This document shows, piece by piece, positions 39,601 through 52,935 of a DNA stretch of 64,000 nucleotides. The stretch is taken from NCBI RefSeq assembly GCF_963921235.1, contig NC_086097.1, positions 177,694,001 to 177,758,000 of the forward strand. Direction: 5' to 3'. Under the pieces are notes generated by a model. The model saw only the letters and a program-made list of their open reading frames with translations, made no database searches and had not been told where the DNA came from. Made by a program: the position numbers and the translations under genes. Each line of letters opens with the position of its first letter. Position 1 is the first letter of the stretch. Origin of the DNA: Mobula hypostoma (taxonomy: Eukaryota).

Positions 39601-42084
39601 AGTGGAGGTAAAGTTGTGCTTTCACACTGAGGCCAACTGTCAATGTGTTTGTGTAGCCTTGTAAGCATACTAAATGGGATTGACTCTCAGTGGCAGCTCA
39701 CAAGTAAGAATGCAGGCTGATGATTACACAATACTCAATTCCATTCAGAATCAGGTTTACTATCATTGTCTTAGATGGTGTGAAAGCTACGGCAGAACAA
39801 CAGTGCAAAGACATAAAAATTACTATAAGTCACAAAGTGGTGCGGAAAATGAGGAATACTGAGGTAGTGTTCACGGTCCATTTAGAAGTCTGATGGGAGA
39901 GGAGAAGACGCTTTGTCTGAATTGTTGCGTATAAGTCTTCAGGCTTCTGTACCTCCTCCCTGATGGTAGTAACAAGAAAAGTCATGTCCCAGGTAGTGAG
40001 TGTCCTTAGTGATGATTGCTACCATCTTGAGGTACTCCCTCTTGGAGATGTCCTCAAAGGTGGGGATTAGAGCTCCATACCCCATCCAAGTGAAGCAGCC
40101 ACGCTTGCATCTAGGCAACGCCTAGACCACAAAGGTTCCACGCAATGACCAAGACGAGAGTCTAAACACCTTCCCTTGACATTCAATGGCAACATTATCA
40201 ATGAGTCAGATTATTCAGTACAGAGTCTATTCAGCCCATACCAACCAAGCTGCCTTCCTGAGCTATTTGCTTGCTTTTGTCCGATATCCGTCAATGTCCT
40301 TTATCAGTAACATCCTGCGAGTCACCATTGATCAAAAACTCAGCTGGACCAGCCAGATAAAAGTCAAAGTCAAGTTTATTTTCATCTGCACAAGTACCTT
40401 CACACACAGGTACAACGAAGAACCACTTTCAGCAGCATCACAGGCACCTAGCATCGTGTAAGCAACATTCTTAAGAAAAACATAAATTGAACATATTGTA
40501 CCCAATGAAAGGACATAATTAGAGCAAAAAGAAAATCCATCTTAATGCAAAGTGATCATAGTGTTGCTAAGCTGTAGTGTTTAAAGTTTTGCCAAAGGCT
40601 ACAAGAGCAGGTTAAAGTCTGGGCATCCCAAGCCTTTGCACTTTTGATAAGATGTGCAGTAAGTCTTGAATGTGTGCAGGTCCTACCTGTGAAGGGACTT
40701 GATGGTATCTGGGATAACACAACTGATTGGTTGACACTGTATTTACCGACCTCTCCCCATAAGCATCCCTTCCCCCATCCAATGGTACATAGGAAGGGCA
40801 GTGTGCAGAGTCCATGCACCCTCTCATCTTTGGGATGCAGGAGGAAATCGGAGCACCCAGGGGGAACCCACACAGGTTACACGGGCGATGTGCAAACTGC
40901 AGCATGAGGCACAGAGGTTGGGATTGAACCCAGGTCTCTGAAGCTTTGAGCAGCACTATGCTAAATATGAAGTCTCAACTTCTGGATTAACAAAATGGTA
41001 GTCATAGAAAAGACAGCACAGATGCAGGCCCTTCAGCCCAACTAGTCTATACTGATCACGGTGCCTACCCAGGTACTCCCAATTCCCTGCATTTGGCCCA
41101 AATCCCTCTAAGCTCCACTATTCCAAAAATAATATGACTATATTTGCCTCAAGCACTTCCTCTGGCAGCAAGTCCCATATACTTTCCACCCTCCAGGTGA
41201 AAAAGTTGCTCCTCAGTTCCTTTTTAAATTTTCCCCTCTTATACCAAACTTGCGTCCTCCAATTTTAGTGGTATTCACACTGGTCTTCAAGACCTCTGCT
41301 CCTTTAATGGGAGATGTGGTTAAAGTGCATCTCTTTGCTTTGATTATTTAGCTGCTCATACTTGGTACTGACAAGGTGATTATATACAAAATTCATATAT
41401 AAACTGTAAAAAAAAAGCTGTTTTCAGTACAATCAGTACCTCTCATCTCAAATCCTCTGTCTTTCCCTGGAAAAGACACATTGCAGTTATTGCACAATGA
41501 GGGGTTGAGAAGATGAAGGAATATGTTCTTCCCCAACTCCTTCAATTTCTCTGGTTCTAGGAAGCTGGAACTTAAAACCTATAATAGCCTAAGAATGATG
41601 TCTGTTGTTGGTCTTCAGAAATCCTCTACCCCAGAAAGCCAAGGGTTAAATACAGCTGAGCAGTTACCCTTGAGGCCAGGCAAAAACAATACTTCACATT
41701 CCCCTATTATAGTCGCGGAGTATAGAAACAGCCCTTCAACCCATCATCATATCGCACTGACCCAACTGCATTATTCTCATTTCCTCTCCATGTTCCCCTC
41801 AATTCCCCCAGCTTCTACCTCTCACCCTTATAAAAGGGGCAACTTACAGCAGGCAACGAAACTACTGACCCACGTCTTTGGGATGTGATAGGAAGCCAGA
41901 GCACCCGGGGAGTGGGGGTAACCCACAGGGTCACAGGGAGAGTATGCAAACTCTGCACACAGACAATGTCCAAAGTCAGGTTTCAACTGCAGTCTCTGGC
42001 ACTGTGAAGCAGTGGCTCTCTTAGCTGTATTGTCCATTCCCCTGGGTGCATCATTGTCCAAGCTCGCAGGTCCATCATTGATGC

Positions 42085-43150
42085 ATCATTCTTAGATGTG
42101 CTCAACGCCTTGTGTGCACACTTTGAAAGGCAGAATAAAACTACACCTTTGCAAATCACTTCAGCATCTGGTGGCCCTTTGATCTCTGTCACAGAGGCCG
42201 ACATCAGAACGTCCTTCAAGAGGACGAAACCTTGCAAGGTATCAGCCCCGGACAGTGTACCTGAAATGTCACTGAAAACCTTAGGAAACCAAATGGCTGG
42301 AGTGTTCAACAACATCTTCAATCTTTCACTATTACAGTCAGAGATCCCCACCTCTTCAAAGGGATATCAATCATGCCATTGACCAAGAACGGCAGGATGA
42401 ACTGCATCAGTGACTATTGCCCAGCAGTACTCACATCTATTGTGTTGAAGTGTTTTCAAGAGTTGATCACGGCTACAGTTAATTTTCCTACCAGCACAAA
42501 AGGTCTACAGCAGGCACAATCTCATTGGCGCTCCACTCGGCCTCGGGCCACCTGGACAAAAGCAGTAGTTGTGTCAGGATGCTGCTTATTAATTACAGTT
42601 CAGCGTTTAACACCATCATCATCTCAGTACTAAACAACATGCTTCCAAACCTGGGCCTCTGTACCTCCCTCTGTAACTGGATCCTTGTCATCTTCATTCC
42701 CCTTCCTGAAGTCCACAATCCTTGCTCTTGCTGACATTGAGTGCAAGGTTGTTGTTGTGATACCATTCAACCAGCGTATCTCATCTGGGATTTTGCCAAC
42801 AACAGGTGCGTTATCGGCAACTTTATAGATGGTGCTTAAACTGTGCGTAACCACACAGTCATGGGTGTAGAAAGAGTAGAGCAGTGGGCTAAGTGTACAT
42901 CCTTGAGGTGCACCAGTGTTGATTGTCAGCAAGGAGGAGATGTTATTTTCGATCACTCGTGGAGTCATTTTCAAGGACTTCTTATAACTCGAGTTCTCAG
43001 TGTTAATGTTTATTTGCACATTTGTTGTTTGTCTGTCTCATGTATAGTTCTTCATAAATTCTATTGTATTTCTTTATTTCACATAAATGCCTGCAAGTAA
43101 GTGAATTGCAAGTAGTACTTTGATAATAAATTTACTGTGAATTTTGAACT
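42085..43150 (+). mobile_element. Rex1/Babar LINE remnant with an internal inverted segment
   Basis: + strand: FNNIFNLSL..MLLINYSSAFNT..CNWIL. Minus strand 42697-42960: TGAPQG..IVDFRK. Then + strand 3' UTR. Confidence 0.7.
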
Positions 43151-43529
43151 TACATAAATATATAAAATTATGAAAAGAGTAGATAAGACAGGTGGGAAAG
43201 TTGTTTCCACTGGTAGATAAGACTAAGGTTTTATTTATTTATTTAGAGAGCTAACGCAGAATGTGCCTTTCTGGTCCTCCGAGCCTTGTTGCCAAGCATC
43301 CCACTGATTCAACCCTAACCTAACCACAGGACAACTTACAATGATTAATGAACCTACCAACCAGTAATCTTTGGACTGTGGGGGGAAACTGGAGCACTTG
43401 GAGGAAACCCACACGTGCATGGGAAGAACTTACAAACTTTCTTACAGGGGACACTGGAATTGAACTTCAACGCCCTAAACTGTAATAGCGTCGTGCTAAC
43501 CACTACATGGGCATAGTGCCCTTGGGGGG

Positions 43530-44600
43530 CATTAGCCTCAGGATTCTGGGGAGTAGATTTAGGATGGAGATGAGGAGGAACTACTTTTCTTAGGAAATAA
43601 TGAATCTGTGGAATTCCCTGGCCCTGGGAAGATATAGAGGTAACTTCATTACATATATTAAAAGCACAGTTTTTTTCCATAATAGAGGAATTAAAGGTTA
43701 TAGGGAAATGAGAGGTAGATGGAGCTGAATCTATGGACAGATCAGCCGTGATCTTATCGAGTCATGAAGAGAGCTTTTGTCACATGGACCAAATGGAGTT
43801 GGGATGTTATGTTGAGGTTGTTTAAGACATTGGTGAAGCCTAATTTGGAGTATTGCCTGTAGTTCTGGTCACCTGCCTACAAAAGGATATCAATAAGATT
43901 GAAAGAGGACAATAAAATTTGTAAGGATGTTGCTGGAACTTGAGGACCTGTGTTACAGGGAAAGGCTGAATAGGTTAGGATGACTTTTTTTCTCTGGAAC
44001 GTATGTGAATGGGGGGAGATTTGACAGAGGTATACAAAATTATGAAGGGGATAGATAGGGTAAATGCAGTCAGATTTTTCCACTGTGGTTGAGTGAAGCT
44101 AGGACTAGAGGTTCAGGGGTTAAGAGCGAAAGGTAAAATATTTAAGGAGAACCTGAATGGAAGCTCCTTCACTCAGGGTGGTGCGAATGGTGGATGAAAG
44201 TTCGATTGTAATACTTAAGAGAAATTTGGATAAGGACATGGATGGGAGGGGTATGGATGGTGCGGGTAGATAGGACTACGCGGACTAACAGTTTGGCACA
44301 GACTAGATGGGCTGAGGAGCTTGTTTCACTGCTGTGGTGCCCTGAGTCTATACAGGATTCCCTAAAGGTTAGCTTGCACTTGGAGTCAGTAGTAAGAAAG
44401 GCAAGTGTAATGTTAGCATTCTCTTTAAGAGGAGCAGGATATAAAAACAAGGATGTAATGCTGAGGCCTTATAAGGCATTGGTAAGACCACTTCAGGAGC
44501 ATTGTGAGCAGTTTTGGGCCCGTGATCCAAGAAAGGATGTGCTGGCATTAGAGGTTTGCAAGAATTATCCTGGGAATGAAAGGGTTAACATGTGATGAGC
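43530..44600 (+). mobile_element. Cluster of CR1 3' fragments
   Basis: Repeated CR1 RT C-terminal and 3' UTR motifs, e.g. KDVMLRPYKALVRP. Confidence 0.7.
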
Positions 44601-46549
44601 CTTTGATTAGATAAGATAAAACTTCATTTATCCCAAAGGAAATTATTGTTACAGGGTTGTTCAGTCAGAAAATATACTTTAAAATACAAAATGTAAGCAG
44701 TGAGGTATGAAGAAGAATCCAAAACGTGCATTAAAAAGTAATTAAGCAAAATACGGACATGACAGTGAAACCACATACTTCTATACTTAAGCAGGAGGAG
44801 TTGTAGAGTCTTACAGCCACAGGGAGAAAGGATCTCCTGTGGCGTTCAGTGGTCACCTCGGTGGAATCGGTCTGTTAGTAAAGGTGCTCCTCTGTTTGTC
44901 CAGTGTGTTATGGAGGGGGTGAGGGGGATTGTCCATATTGCTCTGTAGATGCTCTGGGCTTGTACAAGCCAGAGTCTAGAAGAAAAGGTCCCATTGAAAC
45001 TTACCAAATATTGAAAGGCTGAGATGGACTGAATGTGGAGAGATGTTTCCAAAATGTGGAGAGTCTAGGACAAGAGGGCACATGCAGAATAGTTCAAAGT
45101 TCCAATAGATCCTTTAGTTCAAAGTACATTTCAGTATGTGTATATTATACAACCTTGAAATTCATCTCCTTACAGGAAGCCACAAAACAAAGAAACCCAA
45201 AAAAAAGAAAAAGACTGTCAAACACCCAATGTGCAGAGAGAAAAAAAATACAAATTACGCAAACAATGAAAGTAAGCAAATAGCATTCGTGACAAAAGTA
45301 AGTCCACAGGTCCAAAACTCAGAGCAGGCCTCAGCCTCAGTTCAGCACGGAGCTAAATAATCATCATGATACCCTTAGGGATGGAGTCCAGAGCAGGCCT
45401 CATCCTCAGTTCAGCCTAGAGCTGAGGAAACATAGTGGAGCAGCAAGTAGAACTGGCCCGACCTTTGCCTCTTGCCCCAACACCCTGCCTTTTCAATCCA
45501 TCTGGCCTGGTTTTTAAATTGTCTAAACATTGGGTCATTCTTCATGTTAGGACCCAGGCCGTGTCACACTGATGTGCTGTGGACCTAGACCCCTCCACCA
45601 CGGTTTGGCCCATACCCAAACTTTCCAAATCAGCCTCGCACTTAGGTTAATCAAACCTGGCACTCAGTTTAGGTGGACGAATCTGCCTCTCTGCTCCAAA
45701 TTTGCTCCACTCCACGAGCCCTGACTTTGCATCAAATATGCCTCAACTTTGCCTTGCACCCACGTGCTTCAACTCTCGACTCGGCCTTGCCTCTCCATTG
45801 TTTGCAGTGATGGTTTTCATAAATTTTACAAGAGTAAGTGTTATTAATGAAGTACTTAGTTGTATTCTTTGTTTTGTTTGCCACCAGTATGTATTCACTG
45901 GGCTTCACCAGTGCCATCTTAAACCAGAAGAACAGACATGAGGAATTTCTTTCACTGATTGGTGGTGAATCTCTGGAATTCATTCCCACAGACAGCTGTA
46001 TAGTCCAAATTATTAAGTAGCTTTAAAGCAGAAGTTAATACTTTCTTGATTATTAAGGGCATCAAAGGATATGAGGAGAATGTGGGAGATGGGGCTGAGA
46101 TTTAAAATAAATCAGCCATGATCAAATGACAGATCATACTTGATGGGCTGAATAGCCTAACTCTTCTCTTGTGTCTTCTGGTTTAAGATGAGGGGGAAAA
46201 TTCCTAGTGGACTGGAGAGGTAGAGATTGCTGGGTATATGGAATGAACTGCCAGAGGAAGTGGTAGAGATGGGTGCAGTTACAATGTTCAGGAGACATTT
46301 AGACGGATATGAATCAAATGTATGCAAATGGGACTAGCTCAAGATTTCATGGACTAGTTAGCTGAAGGACCTGTTTCCCTGCTTGTATAACTTTATGACT
46401 CTGAGGGTGTTGTCACACTGTTGGGGGGTGGGGAATAACATTGAAAGCTGTTGTTGTTAACTTTTCACCAGTTTGGTGAATTCACTCTGTTCTTTAAGGC
46501 TTTATTGCTCTTCTCTACCGTTAACACCGAATATCTGCCTGTTTTCCAG

Positions 46550-46581
46550 GGCTGAGGATCCATCAGGACCAAATGACAAAG
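46550..46581 (+). CDS. CHST9: Candidate 32-nt penultimate micro-exon of the CHST9-like gene
   Basis: Acceptor ctgcctgttttccag| and donor AAG|gtaatt. Reads (x)GG-L-R-I-H-Q-D-Q-M-T-K with no stop and ends in phase 0, matching the phase-0 start of the terminal exon. Lies in a short non-repetitive island. Confidence 0.55.
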
Positions 46582-47544
46582 GTAATTGAATCCATTGGCT
46601 GATACAACATTCTGTAACTGTAAGGATTAGGCAATCAGAAACTGGCCATGTAAACATCTAATCCTTGCTCTTTCTCTGATGTACAGTATTGTCACATCTC
46701 TTTGGTGCAACTGTATTATACATGTACTCCATTGGCTTATAACATCAAGCTTGGGACTCGAACTGTGCTGTCGATTGTGGCCCGATCCATTTCTGGAGAT
46801 TTCCTCCCATCAACTGTCCAGTATATGCAGGCTCTTGTGTCTCCATTGAATTTTACACATTGTTTTCAGTCTGTTGGTCAGGTTTTGATGTTGGCAATCC
46901 AACTACCGCCTCTCTGAGTTACTATAATTATTCTGTTAACTGTCCCTTGACTCTCACCAATTTTACTGATGCACTGCAGAAAGTCCTATCCAGATGCATT
47001 GCAGTTTGTAATCGTAACTGCTCTGGCCAGGATAATAAGAAATTGCAGAGAATTGCAAATGCAGTCCAGTCTATCATGAAAAGCAGCCTCCCCTCTATTT
47101 ACTTAGTCTACACTGTCTCAGTAAAGCAACTGACATAATCAAAGACCCCACTTAACCCAGACATCCGCTATTCTCCCCTCTCCAATCTGGTAGATTTACC
47201 AGCATGCTCCACTGGGCCCAAGAACAGCTGTTAAAAGATTTTTGAATGGCCCTCTCATCCAACATAGATGAACTCTTAATCTCTCAATCTTCTTCATCAT
47301 GGTCTTTTCTCCTTATTTGTCTACCTGCACTGCACTTTCTCTGTAACTGAACACTATATTCTGTATTTTATTATTACTGTTCCGTGCACTACTGTAATAT
47401 ACTTGTGTTTTGGAATGATCTGTGTGGATAAAATGTAAAACAAAACAAAAAGCTTATCAATGTTTCTCAGTAGATGTGACAATAATGAATTAATTGCCAA
47501 TTACCAAGTTTCTATTTAGTTATCTAATTTTCTTTTCTTTGTAG

Positions 47545-48615
47545 TCTTGGAATAGGCAAATCAAGATCCCAGAGAAGAATTGGACAGTTTTCAAGAGTGG
47601 AAGGGTTACAGGTTACAGAGTTGACAAGGCCAGCAAAGAGGGTGCCTCAGAGCCTTGGCAGTCCATTTTTAACCCAAACAGGGATTCTGCAAAGCAGAGG
47701 TTGCTTCAACAAACGAAGATGAGGAACCTTCTGCTGAAAAAGTACCTGAAGCCGATGAACCTGGCATCTTTCCAGCTATCAAACCGGACTCTGGTTACAG
47801 ATGCAGTTCATGAGGAAAGGAAGAGATTCCTGGCCAGCTTTTGCAAGAAGCTTTACATCAGCAGGCGCAGGCGCTCTCTGAGCCGACTGGTATCTCAGGT
47901 TTATGTGGAAGAGAAGCACAAGCTGCTATATTGTGAGGTGCCCAAAGCGGGCTGTTCGAACTGGAAACGCATTCTGATGGTGCTGAGTGGCCTCGCCAAG
48001 TCACCAGGCAACATCTCACATGACTTTGTGCACTACAGCAAGCAGCTGCGGCGCCTCGACAGCTACAGTCTCAGGGAGTCCTACGAACTACTCAACAGCT
48101 TCATCAAGGTCTTGTTTGTCAGGGACCCCATGGAAAGGCTGGTGTCTGCTTTCCGTGACAAGTTCGAACACCCCAACAGCTACTATCACCCAGTGTTTGG
48201 CAGGGAGATCTTAAAAAAGTACAGAGCCAACGCCAGTGCTGAAGCTCTCAGAACAGGCTCGGGTGTGACTTTCAGGGAGTTTGTTCAATATCTCTTGGAT
48301 CCACATAAGCCCATTGGCATGGACATCCACTGGGAACAAATTAGTAAGCTCTGCTCTCCTTGTCTGATCAACTATGACTTTATTGGAAAGTTTGAGAGTT
48401 TGGAGCAGGATGCTAACTACCTCCTGAAGCTTATAGGTGCCCCTGAGGGGTTACAATTCCCAAGTTTCAAAGATAGGCACTCCTCAGATGAGAGAACTAC
48501 CTCTGCTGTGGTGGAACAGTATCTTGCCCAAATAACCCCCTCAGAGAGACAGCAGATTTATAACTTCTATTATCTGGATTACCTCATGTTCAACTATTCC
48601 AAGCCATATCTTTAG
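47545..48615 (+). CDS. CHST9: Terminal coding exon (stem plus complete catalytic domain) of carbohydrate (GalNAc 4-O) sulfotransferase, CHST9-like, HNK-1 sulfotransferase family
   Basis: Open frame of 356 codons plus stop. It follows a branch point/polypyrimidine/AG acceptor (ctaat..ttttcttttctttgtag, ending 47544) in phase 0. Contains the 5'-PSB motif [12 protein letters not shown] and 3'-PB motif [12 protein letters not shown], plus [20 protein letters not shown] and a C-terminal [43 protein letters not shown] and the short C-terminus favour CHST9 over CHST8 (recalled sequences, not a search). Confidence 0.9.
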   Translation, partial: SWNRQIKIPEKNWTVFKSGRVTGYRVDKASKEGASEPWQSIFNPNRDSAKQRLLQQTKMRNLLLKKYLKPMNLASFQLSNRTLVTDAVHEERKRFLASFCKKLYISRRRRSLSRLVSQVYVEEKHKLLYCEVPKAGCSNWKRILMVLSGLAKSPGNISHDFVHYSKQLRRLDSYSLRESYELLNSFIKVLFVRDPMERLVSAFRDKFEHPNSYYHPVFGREILKKYRANASAEALRTGSGVTFREFVQYLLDPHKPIGMDIHWEQISKLCSPCLINYDFIGKFESLEQDANYLLKLIGAPEGLQFPSFKDRHSSDERTTSAVVEQYLAQITPSERQQIYNFYYLDYLMFNYSKPYL

Positions 48616-49320
48616 CATGGCTTTGGATTGAAAGAGTAATTTATCAACAAAAATCTTTAATATATTTTGTGACACAAAAGTTATTTTAATACTTTTCTAT
48701 TGGTTTGGTATAACATTCAGTCATTTTGACTCTTCTTGATCCCAGCAGTTAATCTTTGACATAAAAGAAATGGTCAATTTCCTCAGCTGATTCATGAACA
48801 TTGGCGTTACGTAGCAAAGCTAAACAAGTTTGGGGCTGTGGAGGAAGATGATTGAATCATCTGCTACTTTGGTTTTCTTGAAGCCTGGTCCCAACTAAGT
48901 TGGACCATCCAGTTTTGGTATTGATTCTCCCAGATCTGGGGTGAGAATATTCATCACCATTCGTCACAAGTAACAACTTTAAGACGTCGACGCCTTTGGT
49001 AGTTAAGTGACTTCTGAACAATCAGTGGCTGAAGCTGAAGCATATCCATTCCAAGGAGGTGATGGGGGCCTCTCATCAGACTCTGAAAAGTAGAACAAAG
49101 TAGAGAAAATTGAGGGGACCAGAAGGGTTGACTGGGAATCAAAACCTTACTGTATTCTCCCACAATACTGCTACTGAAAGTTTTTAATGTTTTTCAGGAG
49201 GTGGACATACTTCTGAGAGTAGGTGTTGTGCAAGGCTTTTAATGGTATTTCTTAAGTTAACTCTACAGTGCACCTAAGGTCATTGTAGGAATCTTGACAT
49301 AATTCTACTTGAAATTACAG

Positions 49321-49326
49321 AATAAA
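49321..49326 (+). promoter_or_regulatory. Candidate polyadenylation signal for the CHST9-like transcript
   Basis: AATAAA about 700 nt after the stop, near the end of an AT-rich, repeat-poor stretch and followed by T/GT-rich sequence. Confidence 0.35.
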
Positions 49327-52300
49327 GAACACACTCTGCATAATCTTGTCTCCTTTGGGCTTTGGGCAAGATGGGATGTATGTGAAGGGGTGGGCGATTT
49401 CTTTTGAATAACTTGATTCATTTCTCTTGGTTTTTAATACACTTTAGCTTGGCTGAGTGAAATGGAATCGACACCATTGTGGGCCAAAGCGTCTTGTTCT
49501 ATTATAGAGATAAAAAATGCATAAAGTTCACCAGCATAATGTAGAACAATACAGCACAAGAATGGTCGCTTTGGCTCAAAATGTCCTTGCTGAAAACAAT
49601 GCCATATTAAACTAAATCTCTTCTGTCTGCACATGATCCATGTGAATGCAAAATGTGAATAAGTTTTGAGATTTTCTCCTGTTGTATGGGAGTAGTGTTG
49701 AGATTTAGTCCACAAAACATACCTGAATTTTCTTACTCTTTTAAGAAGGAATGTGGAATCAGAATTGGATTCACATTTATTATCACTGACATAGTGAAAC
49801 TTGTTTTATAGCAGCAGACAGTGACAGAATTTACTGTAGGAGTAGAGTAGTTGGCTAAACATGCATCCTTGAGGTACACCTGTGTTGATTGTCAGCGAGG
49901 AGGAGATAATATTACTGATCCACAAAGACTGTGGTCTCCCGATGAAGTCAAGGTGCCATTTTCAGAGAGAGGTACAGAAGCCTATGTTTTGAAGCCTGTT
50001 GATGAGTGCTGAGGGGATGATGGTGTTGAACCTCAAACTATAATTGATAAACAGTGGCTTGACGTATGTATGCTGTTGTCCAGATGCTCCAAAGTCAATG
50101 GAGAGCCAGTGAGATTATGTCCATTAGACCTGTTGTGGTGGCACACAGGTTGTGGGAGGTGTTGGTCCAGAAATTTGGGAAATATTTAGCTGGTCAGGGA
50201 GCATTTGTGAAAGGAGCAGCAGAGATGGGTTTTAGGTCAGTGGCCTTTCATTAGCTGCTGAAGACTTTTCAGCATTTGGGTTTTCTGACCCTTTCCTTGG
50301 CTGGAAAATGAAGAACCTCCATCCACCTTGATAGTATTGTTGGGTAGGGTTGGGCAATTTCACTTGGGTGATCACGCGTGATGCAACATGAGATTGTAGC
50401 ATTTAGACATTGTTTACAAACTGACTGAAGCATTAAAAATTCAAAAACTGCAGGTGCTATAAACCTGATGTAAAACCAGAAAATGCTGGAAACTCTCAAC
50501 AAGTCTGGGAGCATCTGCAGGAACAAAACAGCCAATGCTTCTAGTCAAAGATCTTAATTGTTCCCTAATTACTGTTAAGCATTTAAGAATCATTTCATGT
50601 GACTGTGCTTTAAGTGACTGTAGCGTTTGGTGGAGAAAGTACCAGCAAGCAGTATGTCTGGAAGGAAATGGTGGTAGAAATGTTGACAATCTGTATGCAT
50701 TCTCATTAATAAAATACCTATGTTGATTGTCCTACACTCTTTATACCTCTTTTTCCAGCAGTATTTCTTTTGCTGATTGTGGAGTCCAATCATGAATCTT
50801 GATGCAGGGTTTCAAGATGACATTTCATCACCCCCCCCCCCCATAAATGCTGCTCAAGCCTTTCAGTTCTCCAGCAGATTGTATATTGCTCAAGATCCCA
50901 GCATCTGCAGTTCCTTGTGTCTCCAGTGTAACAAGGAGGGTAGGACAACTGGAAACAACCAAATGAAAACATCACACGAATGCAACAGAGTTGCTATCAC
51001 AGAAAGTTGGAGTCACAGTGAGGATGAACACCACCTCAGACTGCCAGATGCCATCACAACCCCACCCCACCCCACCCCAAACCACAGGTAACCAAATCTG
51101 GAAAAACTGGCACCAGTTCAAGAAGGCCACTTGTTTGATTGAACTATATATGGAGTGACTAGAGCTGGATCCTTAACACCAATGCTTGGCAACAAGCCCC
51201 GGGAGAGCTGAGGCCAGTTATGGTTAGATCTGAAGATCAATTGACCTGGAGAGGGAAGTGATAGAACGGGCTGAATCTATTTTGACCATGAACTGTCCAT
51301 TCACATTAATCCCATTTTATTCTCCCCACCTTCTCATCTTCTCTCTCTAGATTCTACCACTCAACCACATACTAGGAGTAATTTACAGCACCCTATTAAC
51401 TCACAGTAACAGGGAGAACCTGCAAACTCAACGCATGAGGATGGAACACAATCTCTGGAGCTGTGAGACAATGGCAGCTCAGACCCAGATTAATGTGGTG
51501 GCGAAAGGCCGAGATGGAGGGGATGTGGGCTTTCAGATGAGATGTTACGGTCACGTTTATCGTCACTTGCACAAGTACACATATGCACAGGTGCAATGAA
51601 AAACTTCAGCTGCAGCAGCATCACAGGCTCAGGCACTTCTGACTTCTCAAGTAGACATAACAGTTCATATCAGTGCTGCTCATAAGACTGTTGTGTTCAC
51701 TTGCCTATAACTACTGATGAGACCCAAAGCCAGACAATAGAATGAGGTGGAATTTGAAGTACCCTTTATTTGGTAAACTACACCAGTCTTAAAACTCAGT
51801 CCAATCTCACACCGGCCATTACGACTATTTAAAAGGTTTACCCCAGAAAAATTGAATATTTGATTGGGATAACAACCAGTCAGCCTGGGATTGGATTCAG
51901 CTGACCACTAGGTGCTGATCGTTTTGGCTCACCACAACAAAGAAATATGAGCAGAGTTAAGCCATCAAGTCCATCGTGTCTGCTCTGTCATTCAATCACG
52001 GCTGATTTATTTTCACTCTCAACCCCATTCTACCACTTACGATGCCCTGATTAATCAAGAACCTATCAGCTTTAGCTGTACATATACCCAATGACATGGC
52101 CACAGCCATCTGTGGCAAAGAATAGCACAAACTTGCCCATCGCTTTGGTAGAGATATTCCTTCTCATCTGTCTGAAGGAACAGCTATTCTAAGGCTGTGC
52201 CCTCTGGTCCTAGACTCTCCCACCATTAAAAACGTGCTCTTCCTGCCCATTCAATCTAGGCATTTCAATATTCAGTAGGTTCCAATGAGATTTCCCCTTC

Positions 52301-52707
52301 ATTTTTCTAAACTCCAGTGTGTACAGGCCCAGAGCCATAAAACACTCCTCACAGAAACATAGAAAATAGGTACACATGTTCAATACTTCAATAGATCCAT
52401 TTAATACCAGAGAATGTATACAATATATGACCTGAAATCCTTACTCTGGGCAGACAACCTTGAAACAAAAAAGCCCAAAGAATAAATGACAGTAAAAAGA
52501 TACAATAACCCCAAAGCCCCCTGCCACCCCAGGCACAAACAGCATCAACCCTCTCTTGCCCCTCACCCCCACAAATTCTAGCATAGAGCATCAGCTATCC
52601 CACCACCCACCATGATAGTAACAGCAAAGTCCTCCAAAGAGAGACCATGGTCTACAGTACATCAAAGACTAACTGTTCACACCACCATTTTCGACATCCA
52701 ACAGGCT

Positions 52708-52872
52708 GGCTCTCCCTCCCCACCCTCTTACCCCTCCCCATCCCCATCCCCCTCACCCTACCCCTCTCCCCCTCCCTATCCCTCTCCTCCCTCCCCCCTC
52801 TCACTCGCCCTCACACCCTCTGCCCCTACCTCCCACCTCACCCCACATCTCCCCCTCCTCCTCCCCTCTCTA
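52708..52872. repeat. C-rich low-complexity polypyrimidine tract
   Basis: Imperfect CCCCT/CCCCAT/CCTC runs with almost no G on the + strand. Confidence 0.8.
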
Positions 52873-52935
52873 TATCACTCCTTCAATCTGAAGTGCTGCT
52901 TCTTATTTCGAGTGAGAATCAGCAACTCTCACTGT

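Noticed and set aside
47987..48214. Overlapping alternate-frame ORF in the CHST9-like exon
   Set aside because: Short; expected by-product of the codon composition of the real exon.
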